From contig OZ242195.1 of assembly GCA_965205975.1 (NCBI GenBank), positions 96,001 through 160,000 of the forward strand: 64,000 bases of DNA, given 5' to 3'. Made by a program: the position numbers and the translations under genes. The DNA is from Candidatus Latescibacterota bacterium. GTDB lineage: Bacteria; Latescibacterota; UBA2968. Positions 9,874 through 19,075 of this stretch are shown here, in pieces. Position 1 is the first letter of the stretch, and each line of letters begins with the position of its first letter. The notes under the pieces were generated by a model, which searched no databases, was not told the origin of the DNA, and saw nothing but the letters and a program-made list of their open reading frames with translations.

Positions 9874-9889
9874 GGACTACATTTTGTGG
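9874..9889. promoter_or_regulatory. NrdR-box-like site 1
   Basis: GGACTACATTTTGTGG compared with consensus acaCwAtATaTwGtg. Confidence 0.55.
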
Positions 9890-9913
9890 AGGGGAAGGTT
9901 GTTATCTGTCGCT

Positions 9914-9942
9914 ATAATACTATATCTTGTGGCAGTCGTCAA
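9914..9942 (-). promoter_or_regulatory. sigma70 promoter directed at smc
   Basis: TTGACG (9942-9937)-N17-TATTAT (9919-9914). Confidence 0.65.
9917..9932. promoter_or_regulatory. NrdR-box-like site 2, overlapping the smc promoter spacer and -10
   Basis: ATACTATATCTTGTGG, 43 bp from site 1. Confidence 0.62.
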
Positions 9943-10033
9943 GGGTAAAAAACGGTCGATGGATCGACGCAATGTGAAGGAGTGGTACCCCTGTACCTGC
10001 CCGTTGAGATGTTAGGGTGGGGTTCTTTGGCGA

Positions 10034-10062
10034 TTGACATTATATCAGGGGCGGTCTAATTT
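10034..10062 (+). promoter_or_regulatory. sigma70 promoter for the plus-strand catabolic gene run
   Basis: TTGACA-N17-TAATTT. Confidence 0.55.
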
Positions 10063-10112
10063 AGGCATGGCGTTTCGCACCTGTGCAACACTTTCACAGA
10101 ATAGGAGTTTTT

Positions 10113-11243
10113 ATGCTGAATTTACACGGTGAAAAAATTGTCCGAATTGAAAAAGTGGTTATGAAATTTAAGCGTCCCCGCCTGATCGGGCGCAATGCGC
10201 GGATTGGCGTTCACGGGGATATGGTGACGGATCCCGTGGTTCGCGTCCACACAAATAGTGGTGCTATTGGCGTTGGATGGTCGCGGTTGGGACGGGAAGA
10301 AGCCGAGTCATTGGTGGGTAAAAGCATTGGGGATGTGTTCCAATTGCCGGGGGGATCAAACGACGCTGGAGCGGCGATTGATTTGCCTTTGTGGGATCTG
10401 GCGGCCAAATTATTGGATCAGCCGTTGTACAAACTTCTGGGTGCTCGGGGTGCTCGGGCGGTGGAGTTGTACGATGGCTCGGTTTATATCGACGATCTGG
10501 ATGCTTCGGACGAGGAGGCTGTGGAGATATTCCAGGACGAAGTGAAGACCGGACACGATTACGGGTATAAAAATTTTAAAATTAAAATCGGTCGCGGCGC
10601 GCGCTGGATGCCTGTTACAGAAGGTACAGATCGAGATGTTCTGGTTATTCACATTGTTCGGGAAGCCGCTGGCGCAGATGCAAAAATACTCGTTGATGCG
10701 AATAATGGCACGACACTCAATATTGCAAAAGACATTCTCGATCGCTGTGAAGATGTGGGGATTTACTGGTTTGAAGAACCGTTTCCCGAAGATGGGGCTT
10801 TTAACGAGGATTTTAAGCAGTTCATCGTTGAGAAAGGATACGATACGCTCGTCGCTGATGGGGAATCGGGTCCTCCGCCACCCAGCTATTTTGATATGGT
10901 CAAAAAGGGATGGATTGATGTGGTGCAACACGATTTTCGCGCCAAGGGTCTTACGTGGTGGCGCGAGACTGCCGCGATGATCGAACCGTGGGGCGGCCGG
11001 TGTGCGCCTCACTGCTGGGGTAGTTTGATCGAGCGCTATGCCCACGCGCATTTTGCGGCATCAGTTCCTCATTTTGCGCTTCAAGAAGCCGCTCCCGCAG
11101 ATATGCCGGGCATTGTGCTGGATGGCTGGACGATGCAGGACGGATGTTTGATGGTGCCAGATACGCCCGGTACGGGGTTTGACCTCGAGGCAGATGTGAT
11201 TGAAGAGGGCGTGAAGCGAGAAGACGGGTTCAGGGTGGGCTAA
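10113..11243 (+). CDS. Mandelate racemase/muconate lactonizing enzyme (enolase superfamily)
   Basis: FKIKIG, VDAN, WFEEP, ADGE and PGTG motifs; AGGAG RBS before ATG 10113. Confidence 0.9.
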   Translation: MLNLHGEKIVRIEKVVMKFKRPRLIGRNARIGVHGDMVTDPVVRVHTNSGAIGVGWSRLGREEAESLVGKSIGDVFQLPGGSNDAGAAIDLPLWDLAAKLLDQPLYKLLGARGARAVELYDGSVYIDDLDASDEEAVEIFQDEVKTGHDYGYKNFKIKIGRGARWMPVTEGTDRDVLVIHIVREAAGADAKILVDANNGTTLNIAKDILDRCEDVGIYWFEEPFPEDGAFNEDFKQFIVEKGYDTLVADGESGPPPPSYFDMVKKGWIDVVQHDFRAKGLTWWRETAAMIEPWGGRCAPHCWGSLIERYAHAHFAASVPHFALQEAAPADMPGIVLDGWTMQDGCLMVPDTPGTGFDLEADVIEEGVKREDGFRVG

Positions 11244-11249
11244 TAAACC

Positions 11250-13064
11250 ATGAACAGAAAATTGGGAACGCTTAAAGAATTGCTGAATGCACGCGTGGTT
11301 GATGAACTGAAGAAGTTGGCGCGGTTGTTGACGGGGGCGAAACTTCCCACGCGCAAGGCGGAGATTATCGCCGTTATTGTGCGCGAGATGATGGAGTACA
11401 CGCGCGATTATTGGGATATGCTGGATGACCTGCAGCAAAAATCCGTAGCAGAAGCACTTTATGCGCCGTGGTTTGACAAAGAGGGATTTGTTGCCAAATA
11501 TGGCGAGGATCCAGATTGGGGCGAGATGTCCTCCTGGTCCTCATATTCTAATGAGCCTTCGCTGCTCAACCTGTTTATTCTTAGTGGTGATAGCTATGAT
11601 TTTTCCCGTGGTCAAAAGGTCGTACCCGATGATTTGAAAGTCATCCTCAAAAAATTTGTGCCCAAACCGACGCCTGCAAAATTGGATGTGGAAACAGAAC
11701 GCCCGGAAATTGCAAAAATTATTCGCCATAATTTTTGGACGGAGAAAAATAGGGTTAAAAAGATTCCGCTTTATCACGCCGATACCGAGCAGACAGCACA
11801 GGAAGACCTGATGTCTGTATTGCGACTGATTGAGGCAGGCAAAGTGGGTCTGACGGAGAAGACCAGACGGCCAACAGCGGCCAGTCTTCGCGCGATTAGC
11901 GGTGTTCTTTGGGGTGGTGATTTTTATCCAGACCGCGAAAAGCGCAATGAATGGGAAGAATTGCCGGGACCGATTAAGGCACATGCCTGGCCGCTGCTCA
12001 TTCACACAGCAAACCTGGCACGGTTGCAGAGCGGCAAATTGCAGTTGACCTCCGCGGGGCGAAAGGCGTTGACCGCGCCCCTTCACGAGACCATTAAGGT
12101 GCTGTGGCAGGCGTGGCTCAAAAATGCAAAGACAGATGAAATGCAACGGGTAAGTGCCATTCGCGGGCAAACTGGACGGGGAAAACCGGGCATGACTTCT
12201 CCGGTAAAGCGGCGTGCAGTAATTGTCAAAGCACTCAGAGCATGCCCTATCGAAAAGTGGTTTGGTTTTGATGCCTTTTGCAATTTTATGCGTGCGGCGG
12301 GCTATTGGGTAATTGTGTCGGATGAGCCGTGGGAACTTTATATCGGCGATTATAGCTATGGGCATTTGTCCGACGATGACTGGGCTTTGCTGACGTCTCG
12401 CTATACGATGGTATTGCTTTTTGAATATGCCGCAACATTGGGGCTTGTAGATGTGGCCTATATCGATCCGGCGGATGCGCCCTTAGATGTAGGTTCCGCG
12501 CGAGATCTTGCGTTTTTGAGTCGCTATGATGGGTTGATGTATTTGCGTATCAATGCGTTGGGGGCTTTCTGTTTGGGGCGGAAGCGATCTTATACGTCTT
12601 CGGAAGTAGAGATTGAACAGGTACTCAAAGTGCTGCCCAATTTCGATGTGGTCGCATTCAAGCCCCTGCCGTCGGGCGATCAAATTGCGCTGGAACAATT
12701 CGCGGAGAAGACTGCTGACAACGTGTGGAAGATTCGGCCCGAACAGATGCTCAAAGGTCTGGAGAGCGGTCAATCGCTCGATCACATGCGGTCATTTTTG
12801 AAGCACAAAAGCGGCGAGGAGTTGCCACATCCTGTGGCCGTGCTTTTCGACGATATAGCCGATAAAGTACCGCGTTTGCGGGCGAAAGGCACAGCGCATT
12901 TGATTGAGGTGACAGATGTTGAGACCGCACAGTTTCTCGCGCATGATCGAGGTGTAAGCAAATACTGCTATCTGGCTGGTGATCGCCAACTTGTCGTGCC
13001 GGAAAAATCTCTGACAGCATTTCGCAACGCATTGAGAAAAGTTGGATATATATTGCCGAAGTAA
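11250..13064 (+). CDS. Helicase-associated (XPB/Ssl2 N-terminal-like, Helicase_C_3) domain protein
   Basis: C-terminal VLPNFDV...LEQFAE...GQSLDHMRSFL...LPHPV pattern typical of this family; no Walker motifs. Confidence 0.65.
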   Translation: MNRKLGTLKELLNARVVDELKKLARLLTGAKLPTRKAEIIAVIVREMMEYTRDYWDMLDDLQQKSVAEALYAPWFDKEGFVAKYGEDPDWGEMSSWSSYSNEPSLLNLFILSGDSYDFSRGQKVVPDDLKVILKKFVPKPTPAKLDVETERPEIAKIIRHNFWTEKNRVKKIPLYHADTEQTAQEDLMSVLRLIEAGKVGLTEKTRRPTAASLRAISGVLWGGDFYPDREKRNEWEELPGPIKAHAWPLLIHTANLARLQSGKLQLTSAGRKALTAPLHETIKVLWQAWLKNAKTDEMQRVSAIRGQTGRGKPGMTSPVKRRAVIVKALRACPIEKWFGFDAFCNFMRAAGYWVIVSDEPWELYIGDYSYGHLSDDDWALLTSRYTMVLLFEYAATLGLVDVAYIDPADAPLDVGSARDLAFLSRYDGLMYLRINALGAFCLGRKRSYTSSEVEIEQVLKVLPNFDVVAFKPLPSGDQIALEQFAEKTADNVWKIRPEQMLKGLESGQSLDHMRSFLKHKSGEELPHPVAVLFDDIADKVPRLRAKGTAHLIEVTDVETAQFLAHDRGVSKYCYLAGDRQLVVPEKSLTAFRNALRKVGYILPK

Positions 13065-13085
13065 AAATACATTGGAGAATGTGAT

Positions 13086-14123
13086 ATGAACACGACATTT
13101 CCAGGAGCAGAATGGGAGACGAGACCGCCCGGTGACTTGGGCTTTGACGAGGATAAACTCGCGCGGGTGCAGAGGTGGTTGCGCGAGGTGGCGGGTGACA
13201 AGCCCTTTCAGGTGGGGATTGCGCGTTATGGGTATCTTACGGCAGAGTGGCGGCAAGGTGTTGTGGCTGATTCTTCGCACTCACAGGCGTCTGCCGCTAA
13301 GTCGTATTATTCGACGCTTCTGGGTATTATAGTGGCCGAGGGGAAACTATCTTCGCCGGATGAGAGGGTCGTTGATTATTTTCCAGAGATGATGGATGTG
13401 GGCGAGCAGGAAGGCCCAAAACCCGGGCGGTATGCGTTTGAGAAAGATCGCGATATTACGTTTCGGCATTTGATATGCAATGTGTCGGGCTATATGAAAC
13501 CGGGGGAAAAACCGGGGGAGGTTTTTCACTATCAGACTTATGGGATGAATATTCTGACCCACGCAATGGCTAAAATTTACGGGTGTTACGATGCGAATGA
13601 TCCCGAGAATTCGCCGGGATGTGGGAAGGTGATCGAAGAAAAAGTGCGCGATCCAATTGGTGGGACCTGGACGCATTCGCATTCCAATTTCGATCTGTGG
13701 CCCAGTGCGCGGTTAAATATCTTTGGGTATTACACGCAGGTGCATACCACATTGCGAGATCAGTTGCGGGTGGGGCATTTGTGGGCAAATTACGGCAATT
13801 GGAATGGGGTTCAGGTTGCCCCCGAGAGTTATTTAAAAGAAGCAACCGTAACAAATGACTTTATTCTGGAAAACGAACCCGAGGAGAATTGGAAATACGG
13901 GCACGGATTCTGGTGCAATGATCGTGGGATGCAGTGGAAAGATGCACCGAGAGACTCTTTTGCTGCATCGGGTGCTGGTGCGAAGCATATCTGGATGTGT
14001 CCGCGGTTGGGTCTGGTTATCGCGCAAAATCCAGGGCTGTGGGATCAGTTCAGGGAAGAGCAGGATAAAATCGGGAGCCAGAATGAAGTGATTGCGCGAG
14101 TTGTGAATGCGGTAAAGGAATAG
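13086..14123 (+). CDS. Serine hydrolase, beta-lactamase (class C)-like family
   Basis: SxxK (SAAK), ITFRHL, PGEVFHY and YGHGFW motifs. Confidence 0.88.
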   Translation: MNTTFPGAEWETRPPGDLGFDEDKLARVQRWLREVAGDKPFQVGIARYGYLTAEWRQGVVADSSHSQASAAKSYYSTLLGIIVAEGKLSSPDERVVDYFPEMMDVGEQEGPKPGRYAFEKDRDITFRHLICNVSGYMKPGEKPGEVFHYQTYGMNILTHAMAKIYGCYDANDPENSPGCGKVIEEKVRDPIGGTWTHSHSNFDLWPSARLNIFGYYTQVHTTLRDQLRVGHLWANYGNWNGVQVAPESYLKEATVTNDFILENEPEENWKYGHGFWCNDRGMQWKDAPRDSFAASGAGAKHIWMCPRLGLVIAQNPGLWDQFREEQDKIGSQNEVIARVVNAVKE

Positions 14124-14136
14124 GGAGGAGCTAAAG

Positions 14137-15459
14137 ATGAATGCAAAAACCAAAAAATCGCAGGTGGATCAGGCTGTGAAATCGCAATCGCGGCGGGCGT
14201 TTAAGCTGTCGCGGAGTATTCACGGCTGGGCAGAGCGGCCGTTTCGGGAATACGAGTCGTCAAAGGCATTGGCGGCGTATTTGGAGGAGAACGGATTTCA
14301 AATTGAATTTCCGTGGAAAAATATCCCGACGGCTTTTCGCGCCACCTGGGGCACGGGCAAACCCACTATTGGTATGTTGGGGGAGTACGACGCATTGCCC
14401 AATTGCGGTGCCGAGGAGGGCACCTGGGGCCACGGCTGAGGTCATAATCTTTTGGGCGTTGCCCCGGCCGCAGGTGCGGTTGCTGCAAAGGCAGTATTGG
14501 AAAATTTGAAATCGTCCGGTCAGATCATTTATTACGGCTGCCCGGCTGAAGAGACGCTGGCGGGCAAGGTGTATATGGCCCGCGATGGCGCGTTTCGAGA
14601 TTTGGATGCGGTGCTGGCATGGCATCCGGGATCGAGTACGGGTGTTAGCAATTATGGCGGTTCGTCACTGGATTCGCTGGTGTATGAGTTTTTTGGCAAG
14701 ACGTCTCACGGCGCGAGTGCCCACAATGGGCGCAGTGCATTGGATGGGGTGATGTTGATGGATGTTGCGGCGAATTATTTGCGCGAACACGTTCCCGAAA
14801 ATGTGCGTATCCACTGCGTGATACGAGATGGTGGGGATGCGCCCAATGTGGTTCCGGCTTATGCAAAGGTGTGGTATTATGTGCGGGGGAAGGATCGTGA
14901 ACAGGTGAATAAAATACGCAAGCGATTGACCAAATGCGCCAAAGGTGCGGCAATGGCTACGGAAACGACTATGAAATGGCATCGTATCACGGCTGTGTAC
15001 CCGCGTTTGCCCAATGATGTGATGTGCGAAACTGTGCGTCAAAATCTCGAATTATTCGGTCCACCTCGTGCGTCAAAAAAAGATAAGGAACGCGTAAAGG
15101 AATTGGGATATAAAGGTGAATTTGACGGGAAGATCAAAAAGGGGAAGGGTTCACAGGGACGCGGGTCTTCAGATGAAGACAATGTGTCGTGGCTGGCACC
15201 GATGGGTCGGTTTCAGATGGTGTGTTATACAAAGGGCACGCCGGGTCATCACCGCGATATGACCGCACAAGCAATAATGCCTTATGCCGAGCGCGCGGTT
15301 TTGCAAACGGCCAAGGTGTTTGCGGGATCGGCTATTGATCTGATTTTGGACAAAAAGGTGTTGCAAGCAGCGCGTGCGGAATTTGTGAAGGGAACGAAGG
15401 GGTTTGAGTACGATCCGCTGATTCCGAAACGTCAGAAGGTCCCCGTGGATCCTCCATAG
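14137..15459 (+). CDS. M20 (AbgB-like) amidohydrolase with in-frame TGA at codon 101; candidate selenoprotein, 440 aa
   Basis: ORFs 14137-14439 and 14452-15459 share a frame and join as EYDALP...GHG*GHNLLG...GCPAEE...WHPG...GRSALD. The TGA at 14437-14439 aligns with the Cys of GHGCGHN. Confidence 0.85.
14459..14488 (+). promoter_or_regulatory. Candidate bacterial SECIS element
   Basis: TTGC-CC-CGGCCGC-AGGT-GCGGTTG-CT-GCAA stem-loop with an AGGU apical loop 32 nt after the TGA. Confidence 0.6.
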
Positions 15460-15472
15460 AAGGAGAAAAGAT

Positions 15473-16465
15473 TTGAAAGCACAAAGATTAATATGCACAG
15501 ATGTCCGGCGGATTGAATTGGAGGACTTTGATTTGTCGCGTGTGCCAGATAATGGCATTTTGGTGCAGAATGATTATACCGCCATGAGCGTTGGTACGGA
15601 AATCTACAATTATGCTTATGGCGGTGAACCGTCGCGTGCGAGGACATTTCCTCGGCCAACGGGGTATTGCAATACGGGTGTGGTGCTCGAGGTGGGCAAA
15701 GATGTGAAGGGGGTGGAACCCGGTGATCGCATTGCCGCGCAGGGCAATCACGCCAGTCATGCGGTCATGAGTGGGAATTTTTTTAGAGTGCCCGAAGGTG
15801 TTTCGCCCAGGTCTGCTGCTTTTATGGTTATGTGTGCTATTGCCATGCACGGGCATCGGGTTGGATGTCCGGAATTGGGTGAGGTTGTTGCAATTACTGG
15901 GATGGGTATTGTAGGCCAGTTGACAGCGACCTTTGCGCGGTTGGCTGGCGCGCTCCCGGTTATTGCGATTGATCTGGATGATTTTCGGTTGGGTAAAGCG
16001 AGAGACAGGGGCGCAGATGTTTGTGTCAATCCCGGTACTGCAGGGGATGTCGCCGAAGCCGTGCGCGAGCATTGCGTGGGCGATGGTGTCGATCTGGTTA
16101 TTGAAGCGACGGGTATTCCCGCAGTTTATCCCCTGGCGTTGACTTTGCCTCGATTGGGTGGCCGTCTGGTCGCGCTGGGGTCTCCGCGCGGTACTGTGGA
16201 GGTGAGTTTTTTGCCCGAGGTTCACTTGCGGGAGATTACTATTCTGGGCGCGCATCAGCCCAAGACGCCGGATGATGACCATATTTATTATCCGTGGAGC
16301 AAGCGCAGAGATCGCGAACTGATTTTGCGTTTGATGGCCGCGGGCAAGTTGCCCATTGAGGATCTGATTACCCATGTCGCCAATCCCGCCGATTGCCAGA
16401 CTACCTACGACATGCTCGCCGATGATCCGAGAGAAGTGCTGGGTGTGGTATTTGAGTGGACTTGA
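15473..16465 (+). CDS. MDR-superfamily (zinc-binding ADH-like) dehydrogenase
   Basis: SVGTE, TGYCNTG, GMGIVG Rossmann motif and VIEATG; TTG start after AGGAG. Confidence 0.88.
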   Translation: MKAQRLICTDVRRIELEDFDLSRVPDNGILVQNDYTAMSVGTEIYNYAYGGEPSRARTFPRPTGYCNTGVVLEVGKDVKGVEPGDRIAAQGNHASHAVMSGNFFRVPEGVSPRSAAFMVMCAIAMHGHRVGCPELGEVVAITGMGIVGQLTATFARLAGALPVIAIDLDDFRLGKARDRGADVCVNPGTAGDVAEAVREHCVGDGVDLVIEATGIPAVYPLALTLPRLGGRLVALGSPRGTVEVSFLPEVHLREITILGAHQPKTPDDDHIYYPWSKRRDRELILRLMAAGKLPIEDLITHVANPADCQTTYDMLADDPREVLGVVFEWT

Positions 16466-16471
16466 TTCCGC

Positions 16472-16495
16472 TGGAAAAATAAATCCCCCATCAGA
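16472..16495. repeat. Left-arm copy of the islet hairpin; also the left islet boundary repeat
   Basis: AAAAATAAATCCCCCATCAGA resembles 17509-17528; TGGAAAAATAAATCC matches 19503-19517 at 14/15. Confidence 0.65.
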
Positions 16496-16514
16496 CCTGT
16501 CGAGGAGATCGAAT

Positions 16515-17351
16515 ATGAGACGCCACTTTTTTAAAAATTACAAGTACGGCCCCCATGAGCGGAACGTATTTGATTTTTATCCGGCACAATCAGACGAACC
16601 CACCCCTGTTGCAGTGTATATTCACGGCGGCGGTTTCAGAAATGGCAGCAAGGATGGGATTGGTAATGAGACATTGAAAGCTTTATTAGATTCGGGCATT
16701 TCTGTCGCGGCTTTTAACTATCGTTATGTCCAGCAGGCTCCTTTGCCTGCTGCGCACTACGATTGCCGACGAGCGCTTCAGCTTCTGCGTTCCAAAGCCA
16801 CCGAATGGAACATCGATAAAAATCGGATCGGTGCATTTGGCGGATCGGCTGGGGCACAAATTTGCATGTATCTTGCTTTTCACGAAGACATGGCTCGTCC
16901 AGACAGCGACGATCCAATCGAACGCGAATCTACCAGACTTCAGGCCGTGGCCACTTCTGGCGGGCAGACCACGATGGACGTTGCCTGGTGGAAGCAGAAT
17001 ATTCCCGGGTACGCCGAATCCCATCGAGATTTTTATCAGACATTGGGCGCAACGACCCAGGAAGAATACCAGAATCGCGTAAGCGAGATTTCGGCACTTG
17101 ATTTGGTATCAAAGGACGATCCCGCTATTTATATGAGCTATAGAATGTCACCGGAAGACCCTGTGCCAGAAGGCCAGACTGCTCGTGGTTGGAAAGTGCA
17201 TCACGTGCAGTTTGGTGTTGCTTTAAAAGAAAAAATGACAGCGCTTGGTATAGAATCTGATCTGGTTTATCCAGGTTCAAAAAATAAATATCAAAGCAAT
17301 GTTGACTACTTTATCTCAATGCTGAAAAATAGGAGCCAAACCACAAAATGA
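16515..17351 (+). CDS. Alpha/beta hydrolase (HSL/BD-FAE-like esterase)
   Basis: IHGGGF, NYR and GGSAGA motifs; GAGGAG RBS before ATG 16515. Confidence 0.88.
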   Translation: MRRHFFKNYKYGPHERNVFDFYPAQSDEPTPVAVYIHGGGFRNGSKDGIGNETLKALLDSGISVAAFNYRYVQQAPLPAAHYDCRRALQLLRSKATEWNIDKNRIGAFGGSAGAQICMYLAFHEDMARPDSDDPIERESTRLQAVATSGGQTTMDVAWWKQNIPGYAESHRDFYQTLGATTQEEYQNRVSEISALDLVSKDDPAIYMSYRMSPEDPVPEGQTARGWKVHHVQFGVALKEKMTALGIESDLVYPGSKNKYQSNVDYFISMLKNRSQTTK

Positions 17352-17508
17352 GGTTGAGTCGAGAAACCAGTAAGTAAACGCCAGCTAAACAGCACTCGGA
17401 TTGAGCTCGTGCAATTGCCGGACGCTATATCGTGCAATGGCAAGGCCCCGCCGATAATCCCAAAGAAGCACTGGGGGTGGTCTTTGAATGGGTATGATCA
17501 TAGTTGCT

Positions 17509-17557
17509 AAAATAAAATCCCCGTCAGATGTGTTGTGACGGGGATTCTTAACTTATG
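17509..17557. terminator. Hairpin between convergent genes (probable bidirectional terminator); both arms are duplicated nearby
   Basis: AATCCCCGTCA-N9-TGACGGGGATT. Confidence 0.65.
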
Positions 17558-17653
17558 GTGACTACCGGCTATCGCCGTTTGTTAAGTGAATTTGATATAC
17601 ACGCACTGCTTAGAACGCTCCAAAATTACAGAACCTCCATGACTTGCTACACG

Positions 17654-18340
17654 TCAGATACTCCCGAAATTTTTGTTGGCAACGGATGGTAGTTTGACGC
17701 CATTTCGCTTGATAATCGCAAGAATAATCCTGCTACAGAGCTTCATGGCGTCATTTGCAAGTGAATTGACCTCCTGCTCTGTTAGCTGCTTGCTGCCATG
17801 AAATAAACCACTGCGGAGGCTATAGAGTTCGTCCCATTCTTTTTGCAAATGACTGAGGCCATTGCGGCAGAGCACACGTTTCACGCCTTGTCGTACTCCA
17901 ATCCAATGCATACGATGAAGTGCTTCTGCAACTTCCAAGCTTTTACGATCTCCACCAGCCTGATTGGTAATCTCTGCGACGAGCTTCTTTATTAAATCAC
18001 GCTGCTTATCACTCCAATTCTCATCTTGGGCGACCATCTCGGTAGCTGAAAAAGCGAGTACAATTCTGGCAAGTGGCTGAGGATTAATGTGAGCAAGACT
18101 CAGGAGCCGCACGGGGAGAGTGACTTTGGATTCTATGATTGACGGTTGCTCAGCCAGTAAGCGCATGGCATTGAGGAATTGAGTCGGATCTGATGTAACT
18201 GTTCCCCCCGCCTTTATATGTATAAACACTGTATTTTCATCATCTGGTAGAATTGAGAGACCATGCACATCGGGTCCGTACCGCTGGTGGGGTGCCAGCC
18301 ACCCCTCTGATCGCCACAACTCTTCATTGATCTGGCTCAA
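17654..18340 (-). CDS. Hypothetical protein with HEPN-like R-x4-H motif, possibly 5'-truncated
   Basis: ELYSLRSGLFHG near the C-terminus; TTG start without a strong RBS; AT-richer than the flanks. Confidence 0.55.
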   Translation of the reverse strand: MSQINEELWRSEGWLAPHQRYGPDVHGLSILPDDENTVFIHIKAGGTVTSDPTQFLNAMRLLAEQPSIIESKVTLPVRLLSLAHINPQPLARIVLAFSATEMVAQDENWSDKQRDLIKKLVAEITNQAGGDRKSLEVAEALHRMHWIGVRQGVKRVLCRNGLSHLQKEWDELYSLRSGLFHGSKQLTEQEVNSLANDAMKLCSRIILAIIKRNGVKLPSVANKNFGSI

Positions 18341-18358
18341 GACCTTGGCCTCTGTGGT

Positions 18359-18381
18359 TCTGACGGGGATTGTTACTTATG
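18359..18381. repeat. Right-arm copy of the islet hairpin
   Basis: TCTGACGGGGATTGTTACTTATG compared with TGTGACGGGGATTCTTAACTTATG at 17534-17557. Confidence 0.7.
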
Positions 18382-18400
18382 CCCGAAAATGTCAATCTCA

Positions 18401-19075
18401 TTATGTTGATGCACTACGAGGTAGATTATAAGGAATCCACTCCCATACCGATTGCCCGTTGTACAATACTCTTATGCCACCGAGCCTGGACAAGTCCGCT
18501 CTCGGCTTGTCGGTGATCCACTCGGATACGAAAGGGTATAACTCTCCGTAGAGTTTCTTAAAATCAGAGGTGACAGAGTGCGGTAATTTAACGCAGTCAG
18601 TGCTTACATCTGAACCAAATTCCTTCCACAGTCGTCGTTTACTTTCTGCGCTGAGTTCAAAATACCGATATTCTTCATCCTGTGTTTCAACAATCTCAAG
18701 AGGTGGCGTCTGTGATATATTTCGATCTAGTAACTCTTTACGCACAGGATTTGCAAAGTCATTCTCCTGATACTGCATCTCACAGTAAGGTTGGACAAAG
18801 ATAGTACAGCGAGCAACGACAGTGCTTCCGCGTGTGAGCTTGAACGGCTTGAGAGGAGGAAGTTCCGCAAAGGGAGCTTTGGGAGACAGGAATGAAATCC
18901 ATGCCCAGGCTATCCCATCCTCATTCGGTGAGTTCCAGAGCTCCGCACGCATTGACCAGGGGACCGCGTCTTTATTGCTATCGTTCAGATGTGCCTCAGC
19001 AGTTAGAACCGTCTTCGGCCAGATGTCTTGTAGTTCTGGAGAAAAACGTATCTTCGCAACGAGCTCTTGTTTCAT
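18401..19075 (-). CDS. Hypothetical protein, candidate immunity protein (N-terminal small beta-barrel)
   Basis: Overlaps the upstream ORF by 4 nt; WS..ELW...G...ISFLSPKAP...FKLTRG..VVARC pattern. Confidence 0.55.
   Translation of the reverse strand: MKQELVAKIRFSPELQDIWPKTVLTAEAHLNDSNKDAVPWSMRAELWNSPNEDGIAWAWISFLSPKAPFAELPPLKPFKLTRGSTVVARCTIFVQPYCEMQYQENDFANPVRKELLDRNISQTPPLEIVETQDEEYRYFELSAESKRRLWKEFGSDVSTDCVKLPHSVTSDFKKLYGELYPFVSEWITDKPRADLSRLGGIRVLYNGQSVWEWIPYNLPRSAST

Noticed and set aside
9720..10110. Possible oriC next to smc
   Set aside because: Only one clear DnaA box and no obvious unwinding-element repeats; divergent promoters explain the region better.
14137..15459. Two separate genes (100 aa + 335 aa)
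   Set aside because: Same frame, the break falls within a catalytic motif, and the second part has no RBS. A nonsense pseudogene remains possible but is less favoured given the Cys alignment and the hairpin.
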